Shown piece after piece: positions 21,499-31,686 of a stretch of DNA of 64,000 nt. The notes below the pieces were generated by a model that was not told the DNA's origin, did no database searches, and was given only the letters and a program-made list of their open reading frames with translations. Each line of letters begins with the position of its first letter. Within the stretch, counting starts at the first letter, position 1. The stretch comes from an uncultured delta proteobacterium (GTDB lineage: Bacteria > Desulfobacterota > Binatia > UBA9968), in NCBI GenBank assembly GCA_963760795.1, contig CAVXEP010000022.1, forward strand, positions 192,001 to 256,000. The letters are read 5' to 3'. The position numbers were made by a program, and so were the translations under genes.

Positions 21499-21720
21499 CT
21501 AGCGCGGAAGCACGTTGAAAGCCACGGCCATGCGAATCGAATAGTTGTGATGGCGATCGCCGTTGCGATCAGCAAAATGTCCTTGTCGCTGAGACCCGCA
21601 GCGCGCAGCTCTTCAACATCCTTCTTGCGCACCGCGGCTTCGCTGCGCGCGGATCTTTTTGTAGGCTTCTTTGAGTTCGCCCTTGCCTTCACCTTCCGGA
21701 ACGCCTTTGATCCACGGCAT
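21499..21720 (-). pseudogene. AhpD/carboxymuconolactone-decarboxylase (peroxidase-related) gene with internal deletion
   Basis: N-terminus MPWIKGVPEGEGKGELKEAYKKI joined out of frame to C-terminus DVEELRAAGLSDKDILLIA..HNYSIRMAVAFNV; central core absent. Confidence 0.6.
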
Positions 21721-21750
21721 GTATATTTTCCTGATTTGATAACCGGACAA

Positions 21751-22125
21751 TCAATGTTTGGATTGACTGCCCGTCGTCGTGACCGTGATATGCGACAGCG
21801 GCGAGTCCGCCGACGCGCCGTGCCAATGGCGCTCGCCGGATTTAATATGCACGATATCGCCGACGGTGATTTCGCGCTGTTCAGTTTCCGTCGCCGCGAA
21901 ACCTTTGCCCGCCGTGACGACGAGAATCTGATCGCAGTCGTGCACATGCCAGCCGGTAGTCGCGCCGACGCGGAAGTTGACCACGTTGCAGCGGAAATTG
22001 TCCGACTGCCCGTCGCCGATGACCGCCTGCCGCGTCCGGCTCACCGCCCCGCCGGTCCAACCGGCAATCGGCGTCGCCGTGTCCATGGGAGTTTCCTTCA
22101 GATCGTTAATTTTAAGTACACGCAT
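21751..22125 (-). CDS. Cupin domain protein
   Basis: GWHVHDCDQIL, GDIVHI..GERHWHGA. Confidence 0.88.
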   Translation of the reverse strand: MRVLKINDLKETPMDTATPIAGWTGGAVSRTRQAVIGDGQSDNFRCNVVNFRVGATTGWHVHDCDQILVVTAGKGFAATETEQREITVGDIVHIKSGERHWHGASADSPLSHITVTTTGSQSKH

Positions 22126-22166
22126 TGTCGACCTCCTCAGTTAGCCGTCGATGATTTCGAGTTCTC

Positions 22167-22190
22167 GTAGGAGCGTATTGCATACGCTCT
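22167..22190 (+). repeat. GTAG-type REP palindrome
   Basis: GTAGGAGCGTATTGCATACGCTCT. Confidence 0.7.
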
Positions 22191-22333
22191 TCTTCGCACC
22201 GCCACAACTACACCGGTCGCGCCAAAGGGGTCAAGGGCATTGCCACGTGAATCATGGTTCGAGATCGTGTTCGGTGAAGATTGGCTGTCCCGGTTGACAC
22301 ATTCCATTGCCGGCGGTTATAGCAATCCCAACT

Positions 22334-23311
22334 ATGAGGCAAATCATGCGTCCATCCATTCTTGCTATTTCGATTTCTCTTATCGTCTTACTCGGCATCG
22401 TTCCCGTAAACCACGCCGCCGAGAAAATCCGCATGTCGGTCTCCGGCAGTTACAACATGATCTTTCTCGCCGCCGGCGTGGCGCAACACAAGGGCTTCTT
22501 CAAAGACGAAGGATTGGACGCCGACATCGTCGTCATGACCGCCCCGGCGTCGATCGCCGCGCTGTCGAATGGCGACATCGACTACACGCTGCTCACCGGT
22601 TCGGTGATTCGCGCCGCCATTCGCGGCCTGCCCCTGCGAATTGTCGCCGGCTTGATGAGCAGCTCCGCCCATGTTTTCCTCGCGCGCCCTGAAATCAAAA
22701 CGATCAAAGAGCTTTCAGGCAAACGAATCGGCCTGGCCGGCTTCGGCGACGCGACTCATGTGCTGGCGCGAATGATTCTCGCAAAGCACGGCATCGACCC
22801 AGATAAAGACGTTCAGTTCATCGGACTCGGCTCAGACTCCGGCCGATTCACCGCCTTACAACAAAATCTCGCCGACATGGTCGTCACCTCGCCGCCGTGG
22901 GATTTCGAAGGGAAAAAACTCGGCTACAACATCCTTACCCGCGCCTACGAGCATGTGAACTATCCCCTCGCCGGCGTCGGCGTAAATCAAAAGTCGCTGC
23001 AAACGAATCGTGTCCAAGTAAAGCGGGTGATCAAATCCTTAGTCCGAGCCAACCGTTTCATGCGCGACAATCGCGAGGAGTCGGTGAAAATCTTGATCAC
23101 CTGGGGCAAAGGCAAACCCGAGCACGCCTACGCCGCCTACGACTCCACAGTGAAAATCATCAGCCCCGACGGCGGTATACCGGATGACGGACTGAAAATA
23201 TTGATCGATCAAGCCAAGCGCGATGTGAAAGTCACGCGCGACGTGGCGCTCAGTGAGATTACCGACTTTAGTATCTTGCGAGAAGTGCAGAAGGAGTTAG
23301 GGTTGCGCTAA
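22334..23311 (+). CDS. NMT1/THI5-like substrate-binding protein
   Basis: Signal peptide, KGFFKDEGLD, GIDPDKDV, tail DFSILREVQKELG; start could be 22346. Confidence 0.88.
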   Translation: MRQIMRPSILAISISLIVLLGIVPVNHAAEKIRMSVSGSYNMIFLAAGVAQHKGFFKDEGLDADIVVMTAPASIAALSNGDIDYTLLTGSVIRAAIRGLPLRIVAGLMSSSAHVFLARPEIKTIKELSGKRIGLAGFGDATHVLARMILAKHGIDPDKDVQFIGLGSDSGRFTALQQNLADMVVTSPPWDFEGKKLGYNILTRAYEHVNYPLAGVGVNQKSLQTNRVQVKRVIKSLVRANRFMRDNREESVKILITWGKGKPEHAYAAYDSTVKIISPDGGIPDDGLKILIDQAKRDVKVTRDVALSEITDFSILREVQKELGLR

Positions 23312-23357
23312 TTGTATGATTGGATAGGCCAGGCAAGTCCCCAGCGCAAACCCTGAC

Positions 23358-25271
23358 ATGATCACCCATCCCATCCGCGTCCTTTCGGTCATCCCGCCGA
23401 TGACGCAGCTCAATACGCCCTATCCTTCGACGGCTTATCTTACTGGCTTTCTGCGCTCACGCCGCATCGATGCGGTGCAAGAAGATCTAGCGCTGACCCT
23501 GGTGCTAAAACTGTTTTCCGCCGAGGGACTATTAGCGATCCATGAATGCACCGAAGCGATCTCGAAACGCAAGCGTTCGGCGATCGTCAATGGATTTCAC
23601 CGGCAGTTCGACCGCTATCTCTCGACGATCACACCAGCCATTGCGTTCTTGCAGGGACGCGACCCGACGCTGGCGCATCGCATCTGCGGGCGGCAGTTTC
23701 TTCCCGAAGGGCCGCGCTTCAAACCCATCGACTTTTATCTCCAAGACGGCAATGACGATCCGCTGGCTTGGGCGTTCGGCGCACTCGGAATCGAGGACCG
23801 CGCCAAACATTTGGCCACCCTATACTTGGACGACATCGCCGATGTATTGCGCGACGCGGTCGATCCGCGTTTTGAGTTTGTCCGTTACGCCGAATCGCTG
23901 GCGCAAAGCCAACCGACATTCGAGCCGCTCGCCGAAGCATTGACAGCGCCGCTGAATCTCGTCGATCGGACTTTGCATGATCTGACGCTGGCGGCGCTCG
24001 CACGCCACTCACCGAAACTGGTCCTACTCTCGGTGCCGTTCCCAGGATCGGTCTATGCTGCGTTTCGCATCGCCCAGACGATCAAGGCGCACGACTCATC
24101 GATCATCACCGCGCTGGGCGGCGGCTATGTAAACACCGAGCTGCGCGAACTGAGCGAACCGCGAGTGTTCGATTATTTCGACTACGTCACGTTAGATGAC
24201 GGCGAGCAGCCGCTCTTAGCATTACTCGATCACCTGCGCGGCGAGCGACCGGAAAATCGCTTGGTACGCACGTTCGTGCGCTTTGCCGACAAATCCACCG
24301 TTCACTTCATCGACAGTCATGAGCCAGACATCCCCTTCGCCGATGTCGGCACACCAACTTGGGACGGACTGCCGCTGCACGGCTATTTGTCGCTCCTCGA
24401 CATGCTCAACCCGATGCATCGGCTTTGGTCCGACGGTCGTTGGAACAAACTCACAGTTGCCCATGGTTGTTACTGGAAGAAGTGCAGCTTCTGCGACGTG
24501 AGCCTGGACTATATCTCGCGCTACGACGACATCGCCGCCGCGACCCTGGCCGACCGTATCGAGACGATCATCGCCGAGACCACGCAGACGGGGTTTCATT
24601 TCGTCGACGAAGCCGCGCCGCCCAAGGCATTGAAGGCGCTCGCCGCTGAGATCAAGAAGCGTAAGCTGGCGATTTCATGGTGGACCAATATTCGTTTTGA
24701 AAAGTCATTCAACCGCGAGCTTTGCCAAGAACTCGCCGACAGCGGCTGCATCGCGATCTCCGGCGGGCTCGAGGTCGCTTCCGACCGCCTGCTCAATCTG
24801 ATGAAAAAAGGCGTCACGGTCGAACAGGTCGCCCGAGTGACGCGAGCGTTCTCCGACGCCGGCATTTTGGTCCACGCCTATTTGATGTACGGCTTCCCGA
24901 CGCAGACAGTGCAAGACACGGTCGACGCGTTAGAATATGTCCGGCAATTGTTCGAAGCCGGCTGCATTCAGTCGGGCTTCTTCCACCGCTTCACCTGCAC
25001 GGTGCACTCTCCGGTCGGCAAACACCCCGAACAGTACGGCGTCACGCTCCTGCCTTTGCCGAAGATTTCATTCGCGACGAACGACGTCGGCTTCATCGAC
25101 CCCACCGGCGTCGACCACGACGCTCTCGGCACCGCGCTCAACAAAGCGCTCTACAACTACATGCACGGCATCCGCCTCGACGCCGACGTGCGCAGCTGGT
25201 TTTCCGGCCGAGTGCCGCGCACCAAAGTGCCGCGCGGGTATGTAGCACGAGCACTGGACGCAGTTCGTTAG
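23358..25271 (+). CDS. B12-binding-domain-like radical SAM protein
   Basis: PPMTQLNTPYPSTAYL N-terminus, CYWKKCSFC cluster motif, GFHFVDEA, GLE, YGFP. Confidence 0.88.
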   Translation: MITHPIRVLSVIPPMTQLNTPYPSTAYLTGFLRSRRIDAVQEDLALTLVLKLFSAEGLLAIHECTEAISKRKRSAIVNGFHRQFDRYLSTITPAIAFLQGRDPTLAHRICGRQFLPEGPRFKPIDFYLQDGNDDPLAWAFGALGIEDRAKHLATLYLDDIADVLRDAVDPRFEFVRYAESLAQSQPTFEPLAEALTAPLNLVDRTLHDLTLAALARHSPKLVLLSVPFPGSVYAAFRIAQTIKAHDSSIITALGGGYVNTELRELSEPRVFDYFDYVTLDDGEQPLLALLDHLRGERPENRLVRTFVRFADKSTVHFIDSHEPDIPFADVGTPTWDGLPLHGYLSLLDMLNPMHRLWSDGRWNKLTVAHGCYWKKCSFCDVSLDYISRYDDIAAATLADRIETIIAETTQTGFHFVDEAAPPKALKALAAEIKKRKLAISWWTNIRFEKSFNRELCQELADSGCIAISGGLEVASDRLLNLMKKGVTVEQVARVTRAFSDAGILVHAYLMYGFPTQTVQDTVDALEYVRQLFEAGCIQSGFFHRFTCTVHSPVGKHPEQYGVTLLPLPKISFATNDVGFIDPTGVDHDALGTALNKALYNYMHGIRLDADVRSWFSGRVPRTKVPRGYVARALDAVR

Positions 25272-25441
25272 CGTTGTCTGTCTGGACGTTCGAATGCAAA
25301 AATCATTAGCGAGATCGAGCTTGCGGAGGCGCTCGAATCGTTGAGAAAGTAAGAGTTGGAAACAGTCAATCTGAATGTTTGCTAAATGAAATAGCTATTT
25401 TTGAATCGTTCGTTTCTGAAGCCTCGTGGGAGCCCGTAGTT

Positions 25442-26020
25442 ATGCCTCGTCTTGAGTTTTGGTTTGAGTTCGCCAGCACCTATTCGTACCCGGCCGCCAT
25501 GCGTGTCGAGAAACTCGCTCATGCGGCCGGAGTAGCAGTTCATTGGAATGTGTTTTTGCTCGGTCCGATTTTTCGCGAGCAAGGCTGGAAGGACTCTCCC
25601 TTCAACATATTCCCGGCAAAAGGAAAATACATGTGGCGAGACTTACAGCGTACTTGTGCAGCTCTCTCTATTCCTTTCGTGCACCCATCAAAGTTTCCCC
25701 GCAACGGCGTGCTGGCTTCACGGGTGGCTTGCCAGTTTGCTTCCGAACCCTGGATAACCGAGTTCACTAAGGCGGTCTTTCACGCCAACTTCGCCGAAGA
25801 TCGAGACATTGCCGATGCTCGAGTAGTCGATCGCCTGTCTTAATGGCCTCGGTCTCGACGGTCAGCGCGTCCTTGCGCAAGCACAAACTGCGGACGAGTA
25901 ATGCGATGCTTCGCTCGCAGACCGAGAAGGCCAAGAGTCTCGGAATTATTTGGCGCTCCGTCTTTCTTGGTCGGAAGGGAAATGTTTTGGGGAAACGATC
26001 GTTTAGAAGAGTGCACTTGA
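25442..26020 (+). CDS. 2-hydroxychromene-2-carboxylate isomerase / DsbA-like protein (several frameshifts near the 3' end)
   Basis: EFWFEFASTYSY, KGKYMWRDL; downstream frames give GAPSF and EMFWGNDRLE. Confidence 0.8.
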
Positions 26021-26211
26021 TGTGGGCGAGACTGACATTCTTAGCTGTGAGGCACTCCGGTACAAGGTCAACCGGCTACGCGCCGAAACTATCCTACAAA
26101 CATCGACCAATTAGCTGAGTCGAGATTCAGCACCATCACACCTTTGTCGGAACCAAGCTAAAGCTCATTCGATACTAGCTCTCAGCAAGAGGTATTGCTG
26201 AAGTACTCAGC

Positions 26212-26980
26212 TCAATTCGCCCATCCGCTCTCCGACACCACCACCCGATTCCCTTCCGGATCGTTGAACTGAATCTGCCCTTCGGCGCCATCCGATACCG
26301 CCACACCGCCATCCTGCAAACGTTTCTTGACGACCGCCAAGATCGCCGACCTGAATGCCGAAATATTGCACGCCGCCCTTCGGACGCACTTGCGACTTCG
26401 TCAACATCAGCGTCAGCGTGCCGTCGCTCAAGCGAATCGTCCCGTCATCACTCCATCCCGCGATCTCCAGACCGAACTGCTGTTGGTAAAACTCACAGGC
26501 CGCGGCCAAATCGGGCACCTGCACGGCGAGCAGACGAACGCCGGGAAGCTTCTTTTCTTCCCTGCCGAGATAACCGCGCGACGACAGATCGACGTTGTTG
26601 CCCCAAGGATCGATGAAACGGACTTCAGCAGGCCGCGCCGCTTCCGGGCCCGAAACGCCGGCGGAAATCTGTGGATTGGCGCCATGCGTTAATCCAGGTG
26701 GTAGCTTAGCCACGGCCTGGCCCAAGTCATCCACCATGAAACCGTAATGGTGAATCCCCACCGTCAGCTCCGCCTCGCTGCCGTCGGCTCGGTGCGTCCC
26801 GGAGATCGCCGCCGACACCGCCGCCTGCTGCAAGAAGGCGAGATTGAACAGCGGATCGATCACCATGCGCGAGCCGCTGGGGAAGACTTTGCATTCCTCG
26901 AAGCCGAAATATTTCTGGTAAAAATCGCTGAGCACTTTTGGCTGCTGTGAAATAAACGCGATATGTCTGAGCTTGCCCAT
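26212..26980 (-). CDS. Two-domain VOC/glyoxalase protein (frameshift near 26338)
   Basis: KLRHIAF, GIHHYGF, DPWGNNVDLS; corrected tail ...FNDPEGNRVVVSESGWAN*. Confidence 0.82.
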
Positions 26981-27073
26981 GTTAACCTCCGAGATTGTTA
27001 AATCGTTTATATTTCCGGAATGAATGGTCTCTCAGGTGAATCCGATTCCTTTAAATTTGTCGGGCCCGACCGG

Positions 27074-27100
27074 AGGGCAGACACATGGGTCTGCCCCTAC
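27074..27100 (-). repeat. GTAG-type REP palindrome
   Basis: Reverse strand GTAGGGGCAGACCCATGTGTCTGCCCT. Confidence 0.75.
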
Positions 27101-27161
27101 ATTGGCTACACCGTCCGAATCGTATCGTATCCCTTCCCTCATAGAAACATCGTGCGCCCTA

Positions 27162-28223
27162 CTATCGAATCCTCGCCGCCACCTGTTCCATGAACCGGCA
27201 CATTGACGCGCGCGCTTGTTGGTCGCTTAGTCCGCCCAATGCGAAGTTGCCAGCCAGGTCGGTTAAATAGAGCCGCTCACGGACGTATTCTACTTTTTCA
27301 CGAACTTCTTGTGCGTTGCCAACCAGGACGCGGTTTTGATCCACTAATTCATCGAACGTCAGCCGCTTCATCGCCGCCCGATGTTTATCGTGACTGCGAT
27401 ATGACTCGGGATCGGCCATCCCGGGCGTCAAACTGTGCGCCGCCTGCGCCGCCGAGTGATATTCATGCAACCCATGCGCAGCCGCCGCGCGCGCCTCAGC
27501 TGTGTTCTCGCCAACATAGGCGTGATACACGCCGAGTACCCGCGCGCTCGCCGGATCATGTCCCGCCGCGCGTCGCGCGTTGAAATAGGTCTGCATCTTC
27601 TCGCGCAGCTCCTCTATCTCGTTCAAAAACGGGATCAACATCATGTGGAAGCCTTGAGCGCCCGAGTATTCGAAAGACTCCACCGAAGTGGTCGCCGCCA
27701 TCCACACCGTCGGATACGGCTCCTGCACCGGGCGCGGCAGCACTTCGACGCCGTGATATTCGTGAAAGCGCCCTTTGTGTTCGAGCTTCCCGTCGCGCCA
27801 CGCCTTGAGAATCACGTCGAGATTTTCCTTGAAACGATCGCGCAATTCGTCGAGCGGAATGCCGAAGGTCAGCGCTTCCCACTTGACAAAGCCATGGCCG
27901 ACGCCGAATTCCACCCGGCCGTTGCTCAAGCAATCGAGGGTCGCGTAATCTTCCGCGACACGCAGCGGATTGTGATAGGGCAACAGCAATACCGCGGTGC
28001 CGATGCGCATCTTTTCCGTCCGCTGCGCGATCGCCGCGCCGATCACGGGCGGCGCGGAAAAAATACCGGCAAACGGATGAAAGTGATGCTCGGCGAGCCA
28101 GACGGATTCAAAACCGATTTTTTCGCCGTAGGCTACTTGCTCGATGACCGTGCGAAAGCGCTCGGCGCCTTCGGCGCGCGTTGCCGGAAGCGACGACGGT
28201 AAATAGAAGAGTCCGTAACCCAT
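27162..28223 (-). CDS. LLM-class (luciferase-like) flavin-dependent oxidoreductase
   Basis: GFESVWLAEHHF, RIGTAV..LP.HNPLRVAED.ATLD.LSNGR, PRPVQ. Confidence 0.9.
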   Translation of the reverse strand: MGYGLFYLPSSLPATRAEGAERFRTVIEQVAYGEKIGFESVWLAEHHFHPFAGIFSAPPVIGAAIAQRTEKMRIGTAVLLLPYHNPLRVAEDYATLDCLSNGRVEFGVGHGFVKWEALTFGIPLDELRDRFKENLDVILKAWRDGKLEHKGRFHEYHGVEVLPRPVQEPYPTVWMAATTSVESFEYSGAQGFHMMLIPFLNEIEELREKMQTYFNARRAAGHDPASARVLGVYHAYVGENTAEARAAAAHGLHEYHSAAQAAHSLTPGMADPESYRSHDKHRAAMKRLTFDELVDQNRVLVGNAQEVREKVEYVRERLYLTDLAGNFALGGLSDQQARASMCRFMEQVAARIR

Positions 28224-28372
28224 GGCCGGACCATATGCCAGGGCGGCGGAATTGACAAGTTTTTTAGCGAGATGTGAGGGCACACCCTGCCGGCAATCTT
28301 TCCCTCGACTTTCGTATCTTCGTGGGATAATGGGGTTGTCAAAACTCATTCGGCGAAAGAAGAATTGCGCTT

Positions 28373-30085
28373 ATGTTTACCACCCAGTGGGCCACTTCGG
28401 AACGAAAGTACGATGTCGTCGTCGAACGCGACGTTAAAGTTCCCATGCCCGATGGCACATTGCTCGACGGCGATATTTATCGCCCCGCGTCGGAGGAAAG
28501 ATTTCCTGTGCTTCTCGGCGCGCACGGCTACAACAAGGATCTTCAGTCTCCGCCCATGCGTCCGGTGGGCTTCACGCCGATGCGCGGTTACATGGAAAGC
28601 GGCGATTCGACTTTTTTCGCCCGCCGCGGTTACGTTCACGCGGTTTTCAACTCCCGCGGCACCGGCAAGTCCACGGGTTTCTACCAACTCATGGGGCCAT
28701 TGGAAGTCGAGGATGGCGGCCATCTCATCGACTGGTTGTCGGCGCAACCGTGGAGCAACGGCGCGGTTGGCATGGTCGGCGTGTCCTACTACGCGCGGCT
28801 GGCCAAAGCGGTGGCCGCCACGGGACCGAAATCGCTAAAGGCGATTTTCTCGCCATTCGCCGGCACCGACGACTATCGCCATCGCTGTTACCACGGCGGG
28901 ATTCTCGCCCATGGCTTCATAACGCATTGGCGCAACAGCTTGCACAGGCCCAACTATCGGAGCCTCTATAAAGAACAGCATGGCGAAGCTGCGTACCAAG
29001 AAGCCATCGCTCAGGCGCTGCGCGACGATGAAATTGTCGCGGTGCCGGCACTGCGCGAAGCGCTGCAAAATCCCGGCGCGGGCACCAATGCGCTGATCGT
29101 CGACATGCTGCTTCATCCATTCGACGGCCCGTTCTGGCGCGAGCGCAGCGCTAATGATTCCAATGGAAAAATTCCCGCGTACCTCGGCGCTTGCTGGGGC
29201 AACTACGGACTGCATTTGCCGGGCGCTTTCACGGCGTGGCGTGAGTGGCAAGGTCCGAAGAAGATGGTCATCGGGCCGCCGGTCTATCTCGACCGTCCGG
29301 TGTATCAGTATCAAGATGAGGCGCTGCGCTGGTTCGATCACTGGCTCAAGGGCATCGACAACGGCATCATGAATGAGCCGCCGATCCGCTGCTTCATTCC
29401 GCCCACCGGCGAGTGGAAAAATCTAAGTGATTGGCCGCCTGCCGAAGCGCGCTGGACGACATTCTATCTGCATAAAGAGGGCATCTTGAGCGAGCACGAG
29501 CTGTGGCCCGCTGAAGGATCAGATTCTTTCGACGAATCGAGCTTCGAGCATGGCGCTGTCACCTACACAACGCCGCCGCTGGTGGAAAATACCGAAGTGC
29601 TCGGTCCGAGCGTTGTGACGCTGTACGTTTCCGTTACCGATGGCGATGCGCTGTTGTTCGCGACGCTGCTCTTGATCGACAAGGAAGGCCAAGAGCATGA
29701 GCTCACGCGCGGTTGGCTGCGCGCGTCGCAACGGCGATTGCGCGCGGACAGTAAACCGTGGGAACCGATGCAGGCGCATGAATCGAGGGAGGCGCTGGAG
29801 CCGGGGAAAATCTACCAGTTGCAATTCACCATCGTCGCCACGGCGCGTTTGTTCCAGGCCGGCGAGCGCATCGCGTTGCGCATCAAGGGCTCGGATGACG
29901 AACCGGCGGTAAACTCGTTGCAAGCGCTGGCGCGCAATCATTTACGCCGGCCGCGGCCGCTGCGCATCACGGTCCACCACGACGAGTCGCACCCGTCGCA
30001 TCTCGATCTGCCGATCACACGCGGCAATATCATCGGAACGTTTTTCTCGGGCGGAGACATCAGCTCCTTTGGGCTGTCGCACTGA
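28373..30085 (+). CDS. CocE/NonD family hydrolase (peptidase S15-like)
   Basis: VPMPDGTLL.GDIYRP, RGTGKSTG, QPWSNG.VGM.GVSY, LRWFDHWLKG, RGWLRAS. Confidence 0.92.
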   Translation: MFTTQWATSERKYDVVVERDVKVPMPDGTLLDGDIYRPASEERFPVLLGAHGYNKDLQSPPMRPVGFTPMRGYMESGDSTFFARRGYVHAVFNSRGTGKSTGFYQLMGPLEVEDGGHLIDWLSAQPWSNGAVGMVGVSYYARLAKAVAATGPKSLKAIFSPFAGTDDYRHRCYHGGILAHGFITHWRNSLHRPNYRSLYKEQHGEAAYQEAIAQALRDDEIVAVPALREALQNPGAGTNALIVDMLLHPFDGPFWRERSANDSNGKIPAYLGACWGNYGLHLPGAFTAWREWQGPKKMVIGPPVYLDRPVYQYQDEALRWFDHWLKGIDNGIMNEPPIRCFIPPTGEWKNLSDWPPAEARWTTFYLHKEGILSEHELWPAEGSDSFDESSFEHGAVTYTTPPLVENTEVLGPSVVTLYVSVTDGDALLFATLLLIDKEGQEHELTRGWLRASQRRLRADSKPWEPMQAHESREALEPGKIYQLQFTIVATARLFQAGERIALRIKGSDDEPAVNSLQALARNHLRRPRPLRITVHHDESHPSHLDLPITRGNIIGTFFSGGDISSFGLSH

Positions 30086-30145
30086 ACTTCGTCGCGCTCC
30101 ACGCCAAGCGATGTAAATTCGTCGACTCGAAGTCTATTTCATTGC

Positions 30146-30248
30146 CTTGTTTCCGGCGGAAGGCGGAAACCAGGTTGCTTCGGTTGGGGTGAGTCAATCG
30201 ACGTGAAAATATAAAAAGATTGGCTGCCGGCCGGCGCCGGCATGACGA
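30146..30248. repeat. Degenerate CGTC/GTCA-type REP doublet
   Basis: ttgtttccggcggaaggcggaaaccag ... ttggctgccggccggcgccggcatgacg between convergent genes. Confidence 0.5.
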
Positions 30249-30365
30249 ATCCTGATTTCGACTTAGTGCAAGAGATTTCAACCAACCCAAAGCGAGACAC
30301 TAAGCTTTTTAACCCTTCTCCGCGCTATCGGCGTGCAGCGCTGGCAATCGTAGAGTTCAACTCGC

Positions 30366-31385
30366 TCAGAGCTTGAGCAGCTTCCTGGCATTGCCCTCGA
30401 GAATCAATTGCTTGTCTGTTTCGCTGCAAGGCAATCCCTCGACCTTGTCGACACCGTGCCAGTCGCCGAGCGCGTATGGAAAGTCGGTGCCGAGCAGCAA
30501 ACGTTCCGCGCCGACTTTGTTTCTGAGAAAATCGAGGGTTTCCACGTCATAGACTAGCGTGTCGAAGTAGAGATTTTTGAAATACGCGCTCGGCTTCGCC
30601 AAACAAGTTGGCGCAGCAGGCCGACCGGTGCGCCGAGTTGCCCGTTGTCCCGTGGTGAACTCCTGGTCGAAACGGCTCGCATGATACGGAAAAAATCCGC
30701 CACCGTGGCAGGTGCAAAGCTTTAGATTGGGAAATCTATCGAACACTCCGCTGTAAATGAGCAGTCCGAGGGAAAGCGTCGTATCGGCTGGATTGCCGCA
30801 AACCAGACGCAGACCGAAAGAGCTCATCAGCTCCGTGCCCGCGGGATTGTCCGGATGCATGAAGACCAGCACATCTAACTCCTGCGCTTTTGCCCAAAAC
30901 GGATCGAATTCATCGCTGTCGTAGTAGCGATGGTTAACATTGGTCGCGATGTAGGCGCCGCGAAAGTCGAGCTCGGTAACCGCGTGCTCCAACACTCGCG
31001 CCGCGCGCGCCGGTTCTTGAATCGGCACCGCGGCCATTGCGGTAAACCGCTCGGGATATTTCCTGAGAAACTCTTTGACGCATTCATTGTAGACGCGGCA
31101 CCAGCTCTCCGCCTGTTCGCCTTTGAGGTCGTAGCCGAGGAACTGCGTGCTCGGATCGAGGGCCGCGATCGCGATCTTGCCGTCCGTCATCATCTGCAAA
31201 CGCCGATCAACATCCGTCAAACCATCGAGCAGCGGAAAGCTTGGCCCGCCGGCGAAGGAAACTCGGATGGTTCCATCCTTTGCTTCGGCCACTTCGACGC
31301 CAAGCGCTTGACTATGCCGCTTCGCCTCGCCGATCACTTCGCCGGGAACGTAGTGATGATGAATATCGACAGCGCCTGCTTGCAT
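30366..31385 (-). CDS. Amidohydrolase_2, ACMSD-like decarboxylase
   Basis: DIHHH, FDPFWAKA, FMHP, GVFDRFPNLK..HGGG, YFDT, GTDFP, GNARKL. Confidence 0.9.
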   Translation of the reverse strand: MQAGAVDIHHHYVPGEVIGEAKRHSQALGVEVAEAKDGTIRVSFAGGPSFPLLDGLTDVDRRLQMMTDGKIAIAALDPSTQFLGYDLKGEQAESWCRVYNECVKEFLRKYPERFTAMAAVPIQEPARAARVLEHAVTELDFRGAYIATNVNHRYYDSDEFDPFWAKAQELDVLVFMHPDNPAGTELMSSFGLRLVCGNPADTTLSLGLLIYSGVFDRFPNLKLCTCHGGGFFPYHASRFDQEFTTGQRATRRTGRPAAPTCLAKPSAYFKNLYFDTLVYDVETLDFLRNKVGAERLLLGTDFPYALGDWHGVDKVEGLPCSETDKQLILEGNARKLLKL

Positions 31386-31539
31386 GTGTCTTCTCCTTCA
31401 GTGCGCGCAGAACTCGACCCATGGCAACAACTCCTCCAGTTGTCCCAGACGGGACTCTATGTCAGCTGGTACCCGCCGGCAACCGTTCGCCATGCGCTGG
31501 CGAGCCCGATTTGACTCAACTCTCAGCGAATTCACTGCC

Positions 31540-31649
31540 CGCGATAATCCCGAAATCAAAAAGGTGAAAACCGAGGGCCTTCTCGATGCTATTATCGTGG
31601 TAGAATTGGATGACAGCGGCTTTGTGAAAAGTCTAGGGCCTAAAATAAC
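31540..31649 (+). pseudogene. Isolated 3' remnant of an NMT1-like SBP gene
   Basis: RDNPEIKKVKTEGLLDAIIVVELDDSGFVKSLGPK matches the SGF..LY tail of the intact SBPs. Confidence 0.55.
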
Positions 31650-31686
31650 TGCGAAGGTACGGCAACGCGCCTTTTGAACGTAACTC

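Noticed and set aside
21610-21620. TGT-TGA in the AhpD-like remnant as a selenocysteine site
   Set aside because: The TGA falls after the deletion junction in the non-homologous frame
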